In this document: positions 29,514-38,514 of the stretch, piece by piece | Numbering within the stretch: the stretch's first letter is position 1 | How the letters are laid out: each line of letters starts with the position of its first letter | Source of the DNA: a virus | DNA: 64,000 nt | IMG/VR virus record: IMGVR_UViG_2919361683_000002 | Span: 17,711-81,710 of that record | Reading direction: 5' to 3' (one strand) | Notes under the pieces: model-generated | What the model was told of the DNA's origin: nothing | Databases searched by the model: none | The model's input: the letters and a program-made list of their open reading frames with translations, nothing else | Position numbers and translations under genes: made by a program

Positions 29514-30713
29514 TTAATAAAGATCTTCATACGGCATTCTATCGTCATTATTGTTAAGCTCTAAAATGTCTCCATAAATATCTGCCGCTGAATTCAATTC
29601 TGCTTTATTATTTTTACTTTCTCTTTGTTCAAGAATAGTCTTTGTAATAAATGAATTGATCTCTGACAAAATAGTTGCCATTTTTTCTCGTGAAGGTTCA
29701 GCACTAAATGTCTCAATTTTTGCTTTTGCTACTTCTTTTTCTTTATCTGTATAACGTGCAAGTGACTTATTAAGCTCGGCTACCAATTCTTTATCTTCAG
29801 TAGTTTTTTTAAAGGATTTAAGCTCGTTAATCTCTGAAGTTAGAGATGCGATTTCAGTTTCTTTTTCTTGTAAGGCAGTCTTTGTGGAATTAATTTCTAC
29901 TGTCAATTTCTCGCTTTCTGCAAGCGACTTATTCTTTTCGTTAGCCAAAGAAGAGTTAAGCTCGGAAATCTCAGTGTCCTTTTCAGAAATAGTTTTTTCC
30001 AAAGAGTCAATTTTGTTTGTCAAAGAGTTGATCTCATTTGTTTTTGTCTCAATCTTGTTATTTAGTTCAACAATCAGAGCATTTTCTGTCTTGTCCATTT
30101 TTTTCTCCTTATGTGTTCTATTGTTTAATTCAAGTAAAACAGCATTATCATCAGAAGGCTCAATGCCTAAGATAGCTGATCCTGAGTAATCGTAGATCAT
30201 AGGCACTCTGCCTTTTTCTTTCCAGCCGCCGTCGTAAATAATAACTTCGTTGCTACTATCTTTTTTTTTGCCTATTTCTACACTTGTTTCAGGAAGATTA
30301 CCATCAAACATTTCGCCTTTGAGCCAATCAACAAATGCAGAGTATCTTTGTTCAAATATGTAACCTTCGGCTATTAATGCTCGTATTGTCTTGCCATTGA
30401 CTTCTACATTGTCAACATAGGCATTGTCCGTAACACCAACTACAACACTGTCTTCGAAAACTGGCTCATTGTCTTTGATCTCACTTAGATATCCATGACC
30501 CCAAGGTTCCGACATATTGTAGTCTAAAAATTGAACAACAATCGGCATGTTTTTTGCACTTTCAATATTGTTATTTACATATTGTTCATTCCAACTAATG
30601 CCGTTTTTATTCCATTTTGTCGGATCGTTTTGTATTTCATGTACAACCCAACGCACATATCGCCTACCTGAAGCGTTTTGCTTTTGTGATAATTCTAAAA
30701 TCGAGTTTATCAA
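29514..30713 (-). CDS. Prohead protease-scaffold (YonD-like)
   Basis: N-terminal protease-like domain (GH, TSVEI, ILG..P) + coiled coil with repeated ELN/EIN motifs. Confidence 0.78.
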   Translation of the reverse strand: MINSILELSQKQNASGRRYVRWVVHEIQNDPTKWNKNGISWNEQYVNNNIESAKNMPIVVQFLDYNMSEPWGHGYLSEIKDNEPVFEDSVVVGVTDNAYVDNVEVNGKTIRALIAEGYIFEQRYSAFVDWLKGEMFDGNLPETSVEIGKKKDSSNEVIIYDGGWKEKGRVPMIYDYSGSAILGIEPSDDNAVLLELNNRTHKEKKMDKTENALIVELNNKIETKTNEINSLTNKIDSLEKTISEKDTEISELNSSLANEKNKSLAESEKLTVEINSTKTALQEKETEIASLTSEINELKSFKKTTEDKELVAELNKSLARYTDKEKEVAKAKIETFSAEPSREKMATILSEINSFITKTILEQRESKNNKAELNSAADIYGDILELNNNDDRMPYEDLY

Positions 30714-30733
30714 AATTTATATCACCTCCTTTT

Positions 30734-31645
30734 TCATATAAAATCTAACAATATCTTTTTGATATTTTTATAATCCCAATATGGTATACGAATTAAACTA
30801 ATTCCATTTTGTTTGCAGTAGGTATTTTTAAGCCCATCATTGTGCTTCACTTCTTCAAAATATTTATCTCCACCAAAGATCTCAACTGGTTCAAAGTGTT
30901 GCCTACCATCAAATTCAATTAAAAACTTGATTTGTTTGTTATTATCGAATATTGCAAAATCAAATCTCAAAGGATTTATGTTTTTACACTCGGCAAACTT
31001 ATATTGTGCTGTAAAGTGTATTTTCTTTTTTATTAGATAATCTCGTATTTCTTTTTCTCCTCTTGAACATCCGATGCAATTGTTACATCTTTCTCCTTGT
31101 TTAAACTTAGTAGGAGTGACAGCATCAATGTTTCCACAAGAACAAATGTAATCAACTTTAGAACTTTGAGATCGATAATCAGACTTTTTGGTTAATAGAT
31201 AACAATTTTCTCTGAGAAACAAATTAAATATTTGATCATATTCCACTTTTCTATTCATAGATGAGCTTTTAGTCCCACAACTACGGCATCTTTGTCCTTG
31301 TTGAAAGTTGTTCCATATGATCTGAGCTTTAGTTCCGCATGAACATATATAATCTAGCATTTGTTTCCCATCGCTGTAGTAATCACTTAATAAAATACAA
31401 CCTTGTAACGAAAACTGTTCTTTTATGAAAGACAGACAATGTTTTTTCTTTTCCGTTGTTTTATTAATACCGCATTTATTACATCTGTTACCACTCTTAA
31501 AGTTAGACCAACTTATGTAGTCAACATTATTGCACTTACACTTATATTTCATTTTTGTATGAGCGTTAATGTATTCTTTTTCTAATAGCTCACATTCATT
31601 CTCTGTGAAATAACTCACTACAAACTCCATGCTTAGTTTCCTCAA
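30734..31645 (-). CDS. Free-standing Zn-finger Vsr/DUF559-like endonuclease (homing-endonuclease-like)
   Basis: Three Y.C.C...F..G.RC..C repeats; SRGE..FDFAI..IEFDGRQH..IRIPYW. Confidence 0.85.
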   Translation of the reverse strand: MRKLSMEFVVSYFTENECELLEKEYINAHTKMKYKCKCNNVDYISWSNFKSGNRCNKCGINKTTEKKKHCLSFIKEQFSLQGCILLSDYYSDGKQMLDYICSCGTKAQIIWNNFQQGQRCRSCGTKSSSMNRKVEYDQIFNLFLRENCYLLTKKSDYRSQSSKVDYICSCGNIDAVTPTKFKQGERCNNCIGCSRGEKEIRDYLIKKKIHFTAQYKFAECKNINPLRFDFAIFDNNKQIKFLIEFDGRQHFEPVEIFGGDKYFEEVKHNDGLKNTYCKQNGISLIRIPYWDYKNIKKILLDFI

Positions 31646-31669
31646 TCCATGTTTATCCTTCCTAACCCA

Positions 31670-33199
31670 TTATTTAGGACGACTATTAGCGTTATTAGTT
31701 TTAGATTTGATAGTATTTTCATTGGTGGGATTATCATTACTTGGCCGTCCACCATCTTCTGTTGCTGTAAAAGAGGTGAGGTGTGGTTTGTATTTTTCTT
31801 CAAAGTCTTCTGCGATTTCATAATCCATAAGGGCAAGATATGCATCTGGTCTAAAGCCAGTTGCGCTAATCCATGCTATCAACGACCCTTTGCCCAAAGT
31901 GTATAGGTCTTTCATGTTTGCGATAGTTTCACTTCTATTTATGTAAGTGATAGGGAGGTAGTACACCTCAATTTGATCTTTTGGATCTTGGATTATGTTG
32001 TAGTTTATGACCTTGTTAAATTCACTTTCGAGTTGCTCAACCCATGAGAAAATTTCAGCAGCAACCAAATCTAAATTTGTTTTTTGCGATGTAAAATTTG
32101 AACCTTCACCATTTAAAGCAGAACCAGCAAAACCTAAGTCGGTTGCAATTTTTTTAATTAGTGCTTCTTCTGAATTAGTTTTCAAAAGTTCAACATTTGC
32201 TGAAACCTTATCTAATTTCGTACCAGCAGCCACACTAAAGAAACTTACTTTCTTTCTGTTGCCTCTAGCAAACAAGGCATTGCGGATATTATCGTGTTGA
32301 TCTTTCTGTTGTGTATTTGTTAAAGAAGACGAACCTTTAGTGTCTCCTTCAGGAAAGGTCTGATAAATAATCAAATTATTATTATCATCCAATACGCCTC
32401 TTTTAGATTCTGTGAAGTAATCTTCGTAAAGCATATCGATAAATGCTGCAAGACCTAGCGGTCTACCATAAGGCTCTTCAATAGATGCTCTTACTTTAAT
32501 AGCAACAGTTTTTTTATTGTCCAACACAACCCACTTTTTCGTTAAATCCTTTCGATACTCTTGATATCTCTTCCTGATTTCTTGGGGATAACGTTTCAAC
32601 TTTAAACTGCGACCATTACTCAAAAATTGATCAAAATAGGATAAGTTAAAAGCAACAACATAAGAGGAATTCAATGTACCAATTATTTTGCAGTAATCAG
32701 TAGGCAAAGGCATAAAGGCACATTTAAAATCAAAATCATTGATTTCTGATATTTGGGATATATCATGGTCTTCTAGTGTTGAGGGCAGGGTAGGGGAGAG
32801 TTCAGTGTTGAAGTAATAAAAAGAAAGTCCATCTATTGCAGATTTCCTGAGTACATCTCTAATAATAACTTTATCCCTGACTTTTTTAAGCGCAGATTTA
32901 TATTTATCTACATTTTGCTTGGAAGTCTTATGATTATTTTTGTTGTGACTATAAACAACACTATCTAGTGTTGGGAGCGAAATCATATAGTCAATAACAT
33001 TAGTGTAAACACCATTTGTGTTATACATTCTTCTAGACAAATGTCTGAGTTCGTAGTGGTATTGCATTGGATCTTTTAACCAACGTTTGACTTGTGAATT
33101 AGATATTTCTCCACTATCGCCAATAAACAATTCAAAAGATCTTAGGTTAGAATTCCACTCATATAAAGATGAGTCTTTTTCATCTTTCAGTAGATTCAC
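31670..33199 (-). CDS. Portal protein (YonE-like)
   Basis: 509 aa immediately after the terminase; C-terminal GGRP. Confidence 0.85.
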   Translation of the reverse strand: MNLLKDEKDSSLYEWNSNLRSFELFIGDSGEISNSQVKRWLKDPMQYHYELRHLSRRMYNTNGVYTNVIDYMISLPTLDSVVYSHNKNNHKTSKQNVDKYKSALKKVRDKVIIRDVLRKSAIDGLSFYYFNTELSPTLPSTLEDHDISQISEINDFDFKCAFMPLPTDYCKIIGTLNSSYVVAFNLSYFDQFLSNGRSLKLKRYPQEIRKRYQEYRKDLTKKWVVLDNKKTVAIKVRASIEEPYGRPLGLAAFIDMLYEDYFTESKRGVLDDNNNLIIYQTFPEGDTKGSSSLTNTQQKDQHDNIRNALFARGNRKKVSFFSVAAGTKLDKVSANVELLKTNSEEALIKKIATDLGFAGSALNGEGSNFTSQKTNLDLVAAEIFSWVEQLESEFNKVINYNIIQDPKDQIEVYYLPITYINRSETIANMKDLYTLGKGSLIAWISATGFRPDAYLALMDYEIAEDFEEKYKPHLTSFTATEDGGRPSNDNPTNENTIKSKTNNANSRPK

Positions 33200-33202
33200 C
33201 TC

Positions 33203-34972
33203 CTAGTTGTAAAAGAATTGGAAATCATAATCATCGTTTTTCTTTAATTTTGTTTCAAGATATTTAGCAAAATAATTGCAGTATGCTAAACTTGAGTACC
33301 TGTCTTTTCTGCTTCTGCCAACTTCCATAAGCTTCACGTAACCGCTTCTGATTTCATACTCAAGATTAACCATTTCATTCACCAAGATGGTAGTCTGTAT
33401 GTACGGTTTCATTAAGTTAACCTGATCTTCAACTGATTTAGAATTATAAGATAGTTTTTCTACCAGATGTTCTCTTCCAATTGAATCTCCTACAAGCAAC
33501 TTCAAGGAACGTTTTTCAAATGATGTCTTCAAATTCATAGCAATTTCGTGGTTAAGTTCCGCTTTGGTAACTTTAATCGAAAAGATAATGGGAAGAGCAT
33601 TTTTGTCTAAGGCTCTGTTTTTCATCTCGTCATTGTTCATTGCTGTCCAAGCAGGATACTCCACATCTCTCTCTTCATCATATAGAATTCTGCTACAGTC
33701 ATCATAAAGTGATATTCCGTTACCCGATGTATCCATAGCAACATAATCAGCTTCAAAATCATAAAAAATTTGCTTGAGACGAACTGCTTGTTTTTCTGAA
33801 TGTGCTCCCAGCATACTTTCGAGATAAGGAACCTGTTTGCTGTAGTTCTCACCGTTGGGAAGGAGTCTCATGCAAGTAAAGATTGTATTATCATTTTCTT
33901 CACCGCCCATCATCGCAACGTCTACACCAATAATTCTAATTTCGCCATCTTGCTTAGTGGATTTTTTCCTTTTATCTTTGACTTTAGAAAATTCTATTGG
34001 AGTAAGAGGATAAAAAGGTTTAACGACTGTTCTACATTTCTGAATATCGTCAAGCTTGAAGAATGCTTTTTCTGATTCTCCAAAAAATAGACACCCCATC
34101 TCCATGCTAAACGCGGTTGGATCAAAATCATCTTCTGACATTTCATCTAATACTTGTTCTTTCATTAGTAAACTTTCTTTTATAGCTAACTGATAGGGAA
34201 GTCCACAAATAAAATAGTTTTTGCCCAAAGTCATTGATTTTACATAGGCTTTTAATTTTATCCATGACCAATGAAATTGATACCAAGCAGAAGAGAGGTA
34301 TATTTCTTTATTTCGTTCTTGTAAGTGGGAATATTCTGGCTTGTTTAGATATTTTGGTTGACGTGGAGCAGTTAAAAATTTGCGAAGAACTTTGTTAATT
34401 ATATTTAAGTCAACCATGCGAAATTCATCAACAATAATACAATTAGCTCTTTTACTACGAGCACCCTCATTGGACGCCACAACTTTTATCCAACTACCGT
34501 TATGAAATTCTACTTTTGGGTCATTTGCAGAGGTGGATAGATCACTTATTTCTCTAGCTAAATTTGGCGAATTAATACGTAAATCTGAGATTTTTTCGAT
34601 TACTTCTCTGGCTTGTTTCATATTTCCTGATGCTACAACTATTTTTGTTTCGGGCCACAAAATGCATCGTATTACACAATAAATTGAGGTTAAGAATGTT
34701 TTTCCTTGTCCTCTGGAAGCCAGATACATAAAATAATTTGAATAATTCATCATGAAAATTAAAATGACTTGGAAAAGTTTTAAGGTAATCCCCAAATACT
34801 CTTTAGCGAACCTATGTGGGTTAGAACGATAGTAGCTTGCCCATATCCCGATGCCATGCATTAATTTGTCTGTTTTATTGGAACTTTTATTGAAGTTTCT
34901 ACTTTTATTAAGCAAATTAATGCCCCTATGAGCCTTATTTCTCGAAACTTGATAATTTTCATACCCACTCAT
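33203..34972 (-). CDS. Terminase large subunit (YonF-like)
   Basis: ASRGQGKT Walker A, IIVDE Walker B, IGVDVA nuclease, KDRYSS. Confidence 0.95.
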   Translation of the reverse strand: MSGYENYQVSRNKAHRGINLLNKSRNFNKSSNKTDKLMHGIGIWASYYRSNPHRFAKEYLGITLKLFQVILIFMMNYSNYFMYLASRGQGKTFLTSIYCVIRCILWPETKIVVASGNMKQAREVIEKISDLRINSPNLAREISDLSTSANDPKVEFHNGSWIKVVASNEGARSKRANCIIVDEFRMVDLNIINKVLRKFLTAPRQPKYLNKPEYSHLQERNKEIYLSSAWYQFHWSWIKLKAYVKSMTLGKNYFICGLPYQLAIKESLLMKEQVLDEMSEDDFDPTAFSMEMGCLFFGESEKAFFKLDDIQKCRTVVKPFYPLTPIEFSKVKDKRKKSTKQDGEIRIIGVDVAMMGGEENDNTIFTCMRLLPNGENYSKQVPYLESMLGAHSEKQAVRLKQIFYDFEADYVAMDTSGNGISLYDDCSRILYDEERDVEYPAWTAMNNDEMKNRALDKNALPIIFSIKVTKAELNHEIAMNLKTSFEKRSLKLLVGDSIGREHLVEKLSYNSKSVEDQVNLMKPYIQTTILVNEMVNLEYEIRSGYVKLMEVGRSRKDRYSSLAYCNYFAKYLETKLKKNDDYDFQFFYN

Positions 34973-35892
34973 GATGTTTCTTCTTCTTTTTCATCGTCAT
35001 AGTTAGGTGTATCAACAGTGTATTTAGCAACCTCGTCATCATATAATTTTGAAAACTCATTATTGATGCCCAGCATTCTACATAGATGCCCCAAAAACCA
35101 AACTTGGATGTATTTTTTTATATTGTCTACATCTTTCCATGCTTCATCTGGCTCAGGAATTGGTAGTTCATTTTCATATTTTTTTATCAAAGTACCGAAT
35201 GTAGCTTGCTCTGTTGCATTAGATCCCGTTTCTTGGGAAGGTTTGATATTTGCCGAGCCTAATAATTCCTGTAGTGTTTTTAATTCTTTATCTACAGATT
35301 TACCTTCTTGTCTTAGTCTTTTAATAGTTAATCGTTGTTGTGCAGCTTCATGGAAAAGTAGCTCCATTACATAAGAATCACATTCATATGAGTTAATAAA
35401 CTTATTAAATTCATCCTGAAGAAACTCCAACTCTTCGTTGTTATAATTTTTCCCCCAGAACTCACTTAAGTCTTTTAATTCATCGGTTGAATAACGTCTA
35501 TCTCGTGTTATTGAAGAATCGTTATTAACATCCAATTGGTCTTTCGATGATATATTGTCTAAAACACTGTCTTTATAGGTTAAATTTTTATATTGAGGAA
35601 AAGAGCTAATTTGGGGTATATATTTCGACCATTCTTGTTCTCTGTCTTCCCACTGATCAATTAAAAAAGGTTTATCTAGAGTTGCAAGAACTAATTTAAC
35701 TCTATCTAAATAACCTAGCGAGTGTTTGTCACTGCCAATATATTCATTGATACATTCTTTGCAAACTTCAAACTTTTCTGAATTAAACAATGGATTAGAA
35801 TTCACATAGAACGAGCTACTAGCCCTGATTTTTTTGCAATTTAAGCATTTGATTTTTTTAGAAGATTGCAAATCTTTTTTTATTTCTGCCAA
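34969..35892 (-). CDS. Putative terminase small subunit (YonG-like); likely TTG start at 35892
   Basis: CxxC..CKEC Zn motif; ATGA overlap with terminase; GAAGGTG RBS; the ORF-track N-extension runs through a terminator. Confidence 0.7.
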   Translation of the reverse strand: MAEIKKDLQSSKKIKCLNCKKIRASSSFYVNSNPLFNSEKFEVCKECINEYIGSDKHSLGYLDRVKLVLATLDKPFLIDQWEDREQEWSKYIPQISSFPQYKNLTYKDSVLDNISSKDQLDVNNDSSITRDRRYSTDELKDLSEFWGKNYNNEELEFLQDEFNKFINSYECDSYVMELLFHEAAQQRLTIKRLRQEGKSVDKELKTLQELLGSANIKPSQETGSNATEQATFGTLIKKYENELPIPEPDEAWKDVDNIKKYIQVWFLGHLCRMLGINNEFSKLYDDEVAKYTVDTPNYDDEKEEETS

Positions 35893-36011
35893 TACTTCAC
35901 CTTCTTTGCATAGAAGAACATAATAAAATTCCCATTTGATAATGAAAAAGCATGGGGTAGGAGGGAGCGGCCTGTTTAAAGACGGTAGTCTCCCCACGAG
36001 AAACAAATAAT

Positions 36012-36036
36012 AAAAAGCCTGATAGGACTCAGGCAT
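36012..36036 (-). terminator. Intrinsic terminator
   Basis: GCCTGAGTCCTATCAGGC followed by TTTTT on the minus strand. Confidence 0.7.
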
Positions 36037-36063
36037 TTGATTTATGTATTCCTCAGCTCTTGT

Positions 36064-36333
36064 TTATTTCAATTTATTCACAATCTTCGTAATTTCTTCA
36101 GGTGTAATAATCTGTTTTGCTCTTTTGTCGGTTCTGTTGCCATAAATAAACGCTGCTCCATCTTCAGCGTAGTAAACAACCGCTTGTTTATTAATTACTG
36201 GGTATCCGTGTTCTTCTTCAATATCTACTTCAACAATCTTCTTATTTTGAGAGTACTTTTCGGCTAGCTCTTTCTCATTAACTACATGCAAAATTTGATA
36301 TTTATCTAAATATGCGTACATTATTTCCTCCAA
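36064..36333 (-). CDS. Hypothetical phage protein (start probably MYAYLD)
   Basis: GGAGG RBS before the internal ATG. Confidence 0.7.
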   Translation of the reverse strand: MEEIMYAYLDKYQILHVVNEKELAEKYSQNKKIVEVDIEEEHGYPVINKQAVVYYAEDGAAFIYGNRTDKRAKQIITPEEITKIVNKLK

Positions 36334-36348
36334 TAATATGTATAAATT

Positions 36349-37536
36349 TTATTTTACTTCTTGTAAATTGATATCTATTTTGTATTCAATTCGTCCGTCC
36401 ACATCAAAAATATGCATCTTTTGCATTGCATCCGAATACATACGTTTACTGACGGCATAAGAATCTACGCCGCAAAGACTGCCATTAGAAACTACCGTTG
36501 TTCTACCGAAATCTTTAACAGTATCATGATGAATATGGCCTTGGAAGATGTATTGAGGTATTACGCCAAGGAATTGAGGTAATTGTCGGGCTGAGGTCGT
36601 TACATGGTCTAAATCGCCATGCACATATATGTGAGGCTTTTCAAATGATTCATCGATAAAATAGCCGTCTTCGCCTTTTAATAGTTCAATATTATCGAAT
36701 TCTCTAAGGCGAGTTTCCATATACCAAGGAATAATATTTTCAAAGTTTTCTTTTAATATTGCGTCATTTTTACTTTGAAAAGTCCGACTATGATTACCAA
36801 TCAGGTTTATGACTCTTACCTTCGGTACAAACTTAGCAATCTCTGCAACGGCTTCAGATAATCGCTCTGATATATACTGAGTTTGAGAAATGACATCCTC
36901 GCTTTGTTCAATTCTTGAAGTTAGATGTATAAACCCTGCGATTTGATCTCCAATAGAAGCTACTGTTAATTCGTCAACATTGTGTTTCTGACAATAATAA
37001 ATCGTTTTGGATACAAGATGATTAAATCTTTTATCAAACACACGTGGATTGTATTTGTTTAAAGAGTTGTCCGATTCTTGTCCGTAGTGAAAGTCTGAAA
37101 AAAGGACGTTTGCGCGAATATAAGAGGGACTTTCCTTGGCAGGAGAGTAGGGGAGAGGCTTAACTTTTTCAAGTTGCTTAATGCTAGTTGAAATTTCATC
37201 TTTTAAGTGTTCAAACTTAGCAATCATTTTGATTTTATTGTTGAATTCGCGTTTTTGATCTTGAAATTGATATTTTTGCTTTTGTAATTCAATTGTTTTA
37301 TCTTCAATTTCGCGCCTATACTCATCAGTTGACGACTTTTTCACGCCAATTGAGATGCCACGAGTAAGCAAGTGGAACTCTTTGCGATATTTAGACTCTG
37401 TGAAATCCTCATTGAGATATTCATTCATAAGAGTCGCTATTTTACACCAAGACAAGCCCGACTCGTCCTTACAGGAGCCAATTCTTATAAGGTATTCTTC
37501 GTATGTCTCGTTATCTAGTGATTTGAGAGGAGTCAT
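36349..37536 (-). CDS. Calcineurin-like metallophosphoesterase (YonJ-like)
   Basis: SDFHYG, IGD, GNH, HGD, GHIHH, NGS..G.D.Y. Confidence 0.88.
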   Translation of the reverse strand: MTPLKSLDNETYEEYLIRIGSCKDESGLSWCKIATLMNEYLNEDFTESKYRKEFHLLTRGISIGVKKSSTDEYRREIEDKTIELQKQKYQFQDQKREFNNKIKMIAKFEHLKDEISTSIKQLEKVKPLPYSPAKESPSYIRANVLFSDFHYGQESDNSLNKYNPRVFDKRFNHLVSKTIYYCQKHNVDELTVASIGDQIAGFIHLTSRIEQSEDVISQTQYISERLSEAVAEIAKFVPKVRVINLIGNHSRTFQSKNDAILKENFENIIPWYMETRLREFDNIELLKGEDGYFIDESFEKPHIYVHGDLDHVTTSARQLPQFLGVIPQYIFQGHIHHDTVKDFGRTTVVSNGSLCGVDSYAVSKRMYSDAMQKMHIFDVDGRIEYKIDINLQEVK

Positions 37537-37540
37537 TCAT

Positions 37541-37711
37541 TTACTCCTCTTCAGTTTCTAATCCAACTGGAATTTCATAGTCCTCAATCGGAGCAACTTT
37601 GATTTTTTCACCATCAATTGTAATGGTGATCTTAGAGGCATTGGGGTATAGTCCAAAGGCTGCTTCTCGAATTCCATTCAAGCCAACCAATTTCTCTTTA
37701 TTTGATTCCAT
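37541..37711 (-). CDS. Small hypothetical protein, 56 aa (MESNKEKLVGLNGIREAAFGLYPNASKITITIDG...)
   Basis: Not in ORF track; AGGGAG RBS; abuts the next gene. Confidence 0.7.
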   Translation of the reverse strand: MESNKEKLVGLNGIREAAFGLYPNASKITITIDGEKIKVAPIEDYEIPVGLETEEE

Positions 37712-37759
37712 ATATATTTGCTCCCTATATTATGTATTTTTTTGAGTCTAATCTATCTG

Positions 37760-37990
37760 TTTTTTGTAGCTTACCCGATTAGGGTAAGATGGAGGGGAGA
37801 TTAACCCCTCAAGTATTTACTGTTTAACTTCTTCAGTCGTTAGTCTGCCATGTTTCATCTTGCAGGTTCCCTTGTTCAGGGCCTAGTTAAGAATTGAGTC
37901 AATGCAGGGCGGCGTATCCTGATCTCTGGTAACTTGTTATAAGCAAGCGCGTGGGAAACCTTTCCCACCTCTGTAATCCACATTGAACAT
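37760..37990 (-). ncRNA. Candidate structured non-coding RNA
   Basis: ORF-free, GC-elevated segment with many hairpins (GTGGGAA/TTCCCAC, CTTG/CAAG, TTAACT/AGTTAA enclosing CCCT/AGGG and CTGC/GCAG, GAGGGG/CCCCTC, CTTACCC/GGGTAAG). Confidence 0.55.
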
Positions 37991-38014
37991 TTATGTATGT
38001 TAAACTTTATAAAA

Positions 38015-38338
38015 TTACCGTTTTACTTGCTCTTTGAGTGCTTTAGCTGCTTTGAATGCTGGCTTTTTGGATGCGGAAATTGCAATGGTGGCTTGCGCTT
38101 TTGCTGTTTCTGCGTCTACGCCTTGAGATTTTAGTTCTGCGAGTAGTTTAGGATTGACACCATTCCGTGCAGCAGTCTCACGAATCTCAAATGTACCGAA
38201 GCCAGCAATCTTAACTTCTTCGCCTCTAGCCAATGCACCAGTAATAGTAACAAATGTAGATTCAACTACTGCCTCAACATCTTTTTTTGTGTAGCCCGTA
38301 GTTTCTGTAATTGCCTTTACTAAGTCAGTTTTATTCAT
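38015..38338 (-). CDS. hup: HU family DNA-binding protein (YonN-like) with an arm insertion
   Basis: MNKTDLVKAI..GFGTFEIRE.AARNGVNP..PAFKAAKALKE; AAGGGAG RBS before ATG 38338. Confidence 0.92.
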   Translation of the reverse strand: MNKTDLVKAITETTGYTKKDVEAVVESTFVTITGALARGEEVKIAGFGTFEIRETAARNGVNPKLLAELKSQGVDAETAKAQATIAISASKKPAFKAAKALKEQVKR

Positions 38339-38514
38339 GTTATAATTATCTCCCTTAATATTGTTTTTGTTTATTTGGTGGGGGAATGTAAAGATCTCTT
38401 CGCTTTGTATATCAGTCAAAACTTGTCCCCCTTAAAGACTATTAAGCAAATTGATTAAATGTCTAAAAAATCCTTTTAAACATTAGGTTTTATGTATATT
38501 GTTGTTTTAAGGTC

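Noticed and set aside
30734-31645. Group I intron-encoded endonuclease
   Set aside because: Flanking portal and protease genes appear complete, with no room for an intron core
35893-36036. N-terminal extension of the 355-aa ORF
   Set aside because: Crosses a terminator and structured leader; RBS supports TTG at 35892
37790-37860. Hammerhead or pistol ribozyme (CTGAAGA, TAAACAG on minus)
   Set aside because: Required GAAA core/stem order and P1/pseudoknot complementarity are not satisfied
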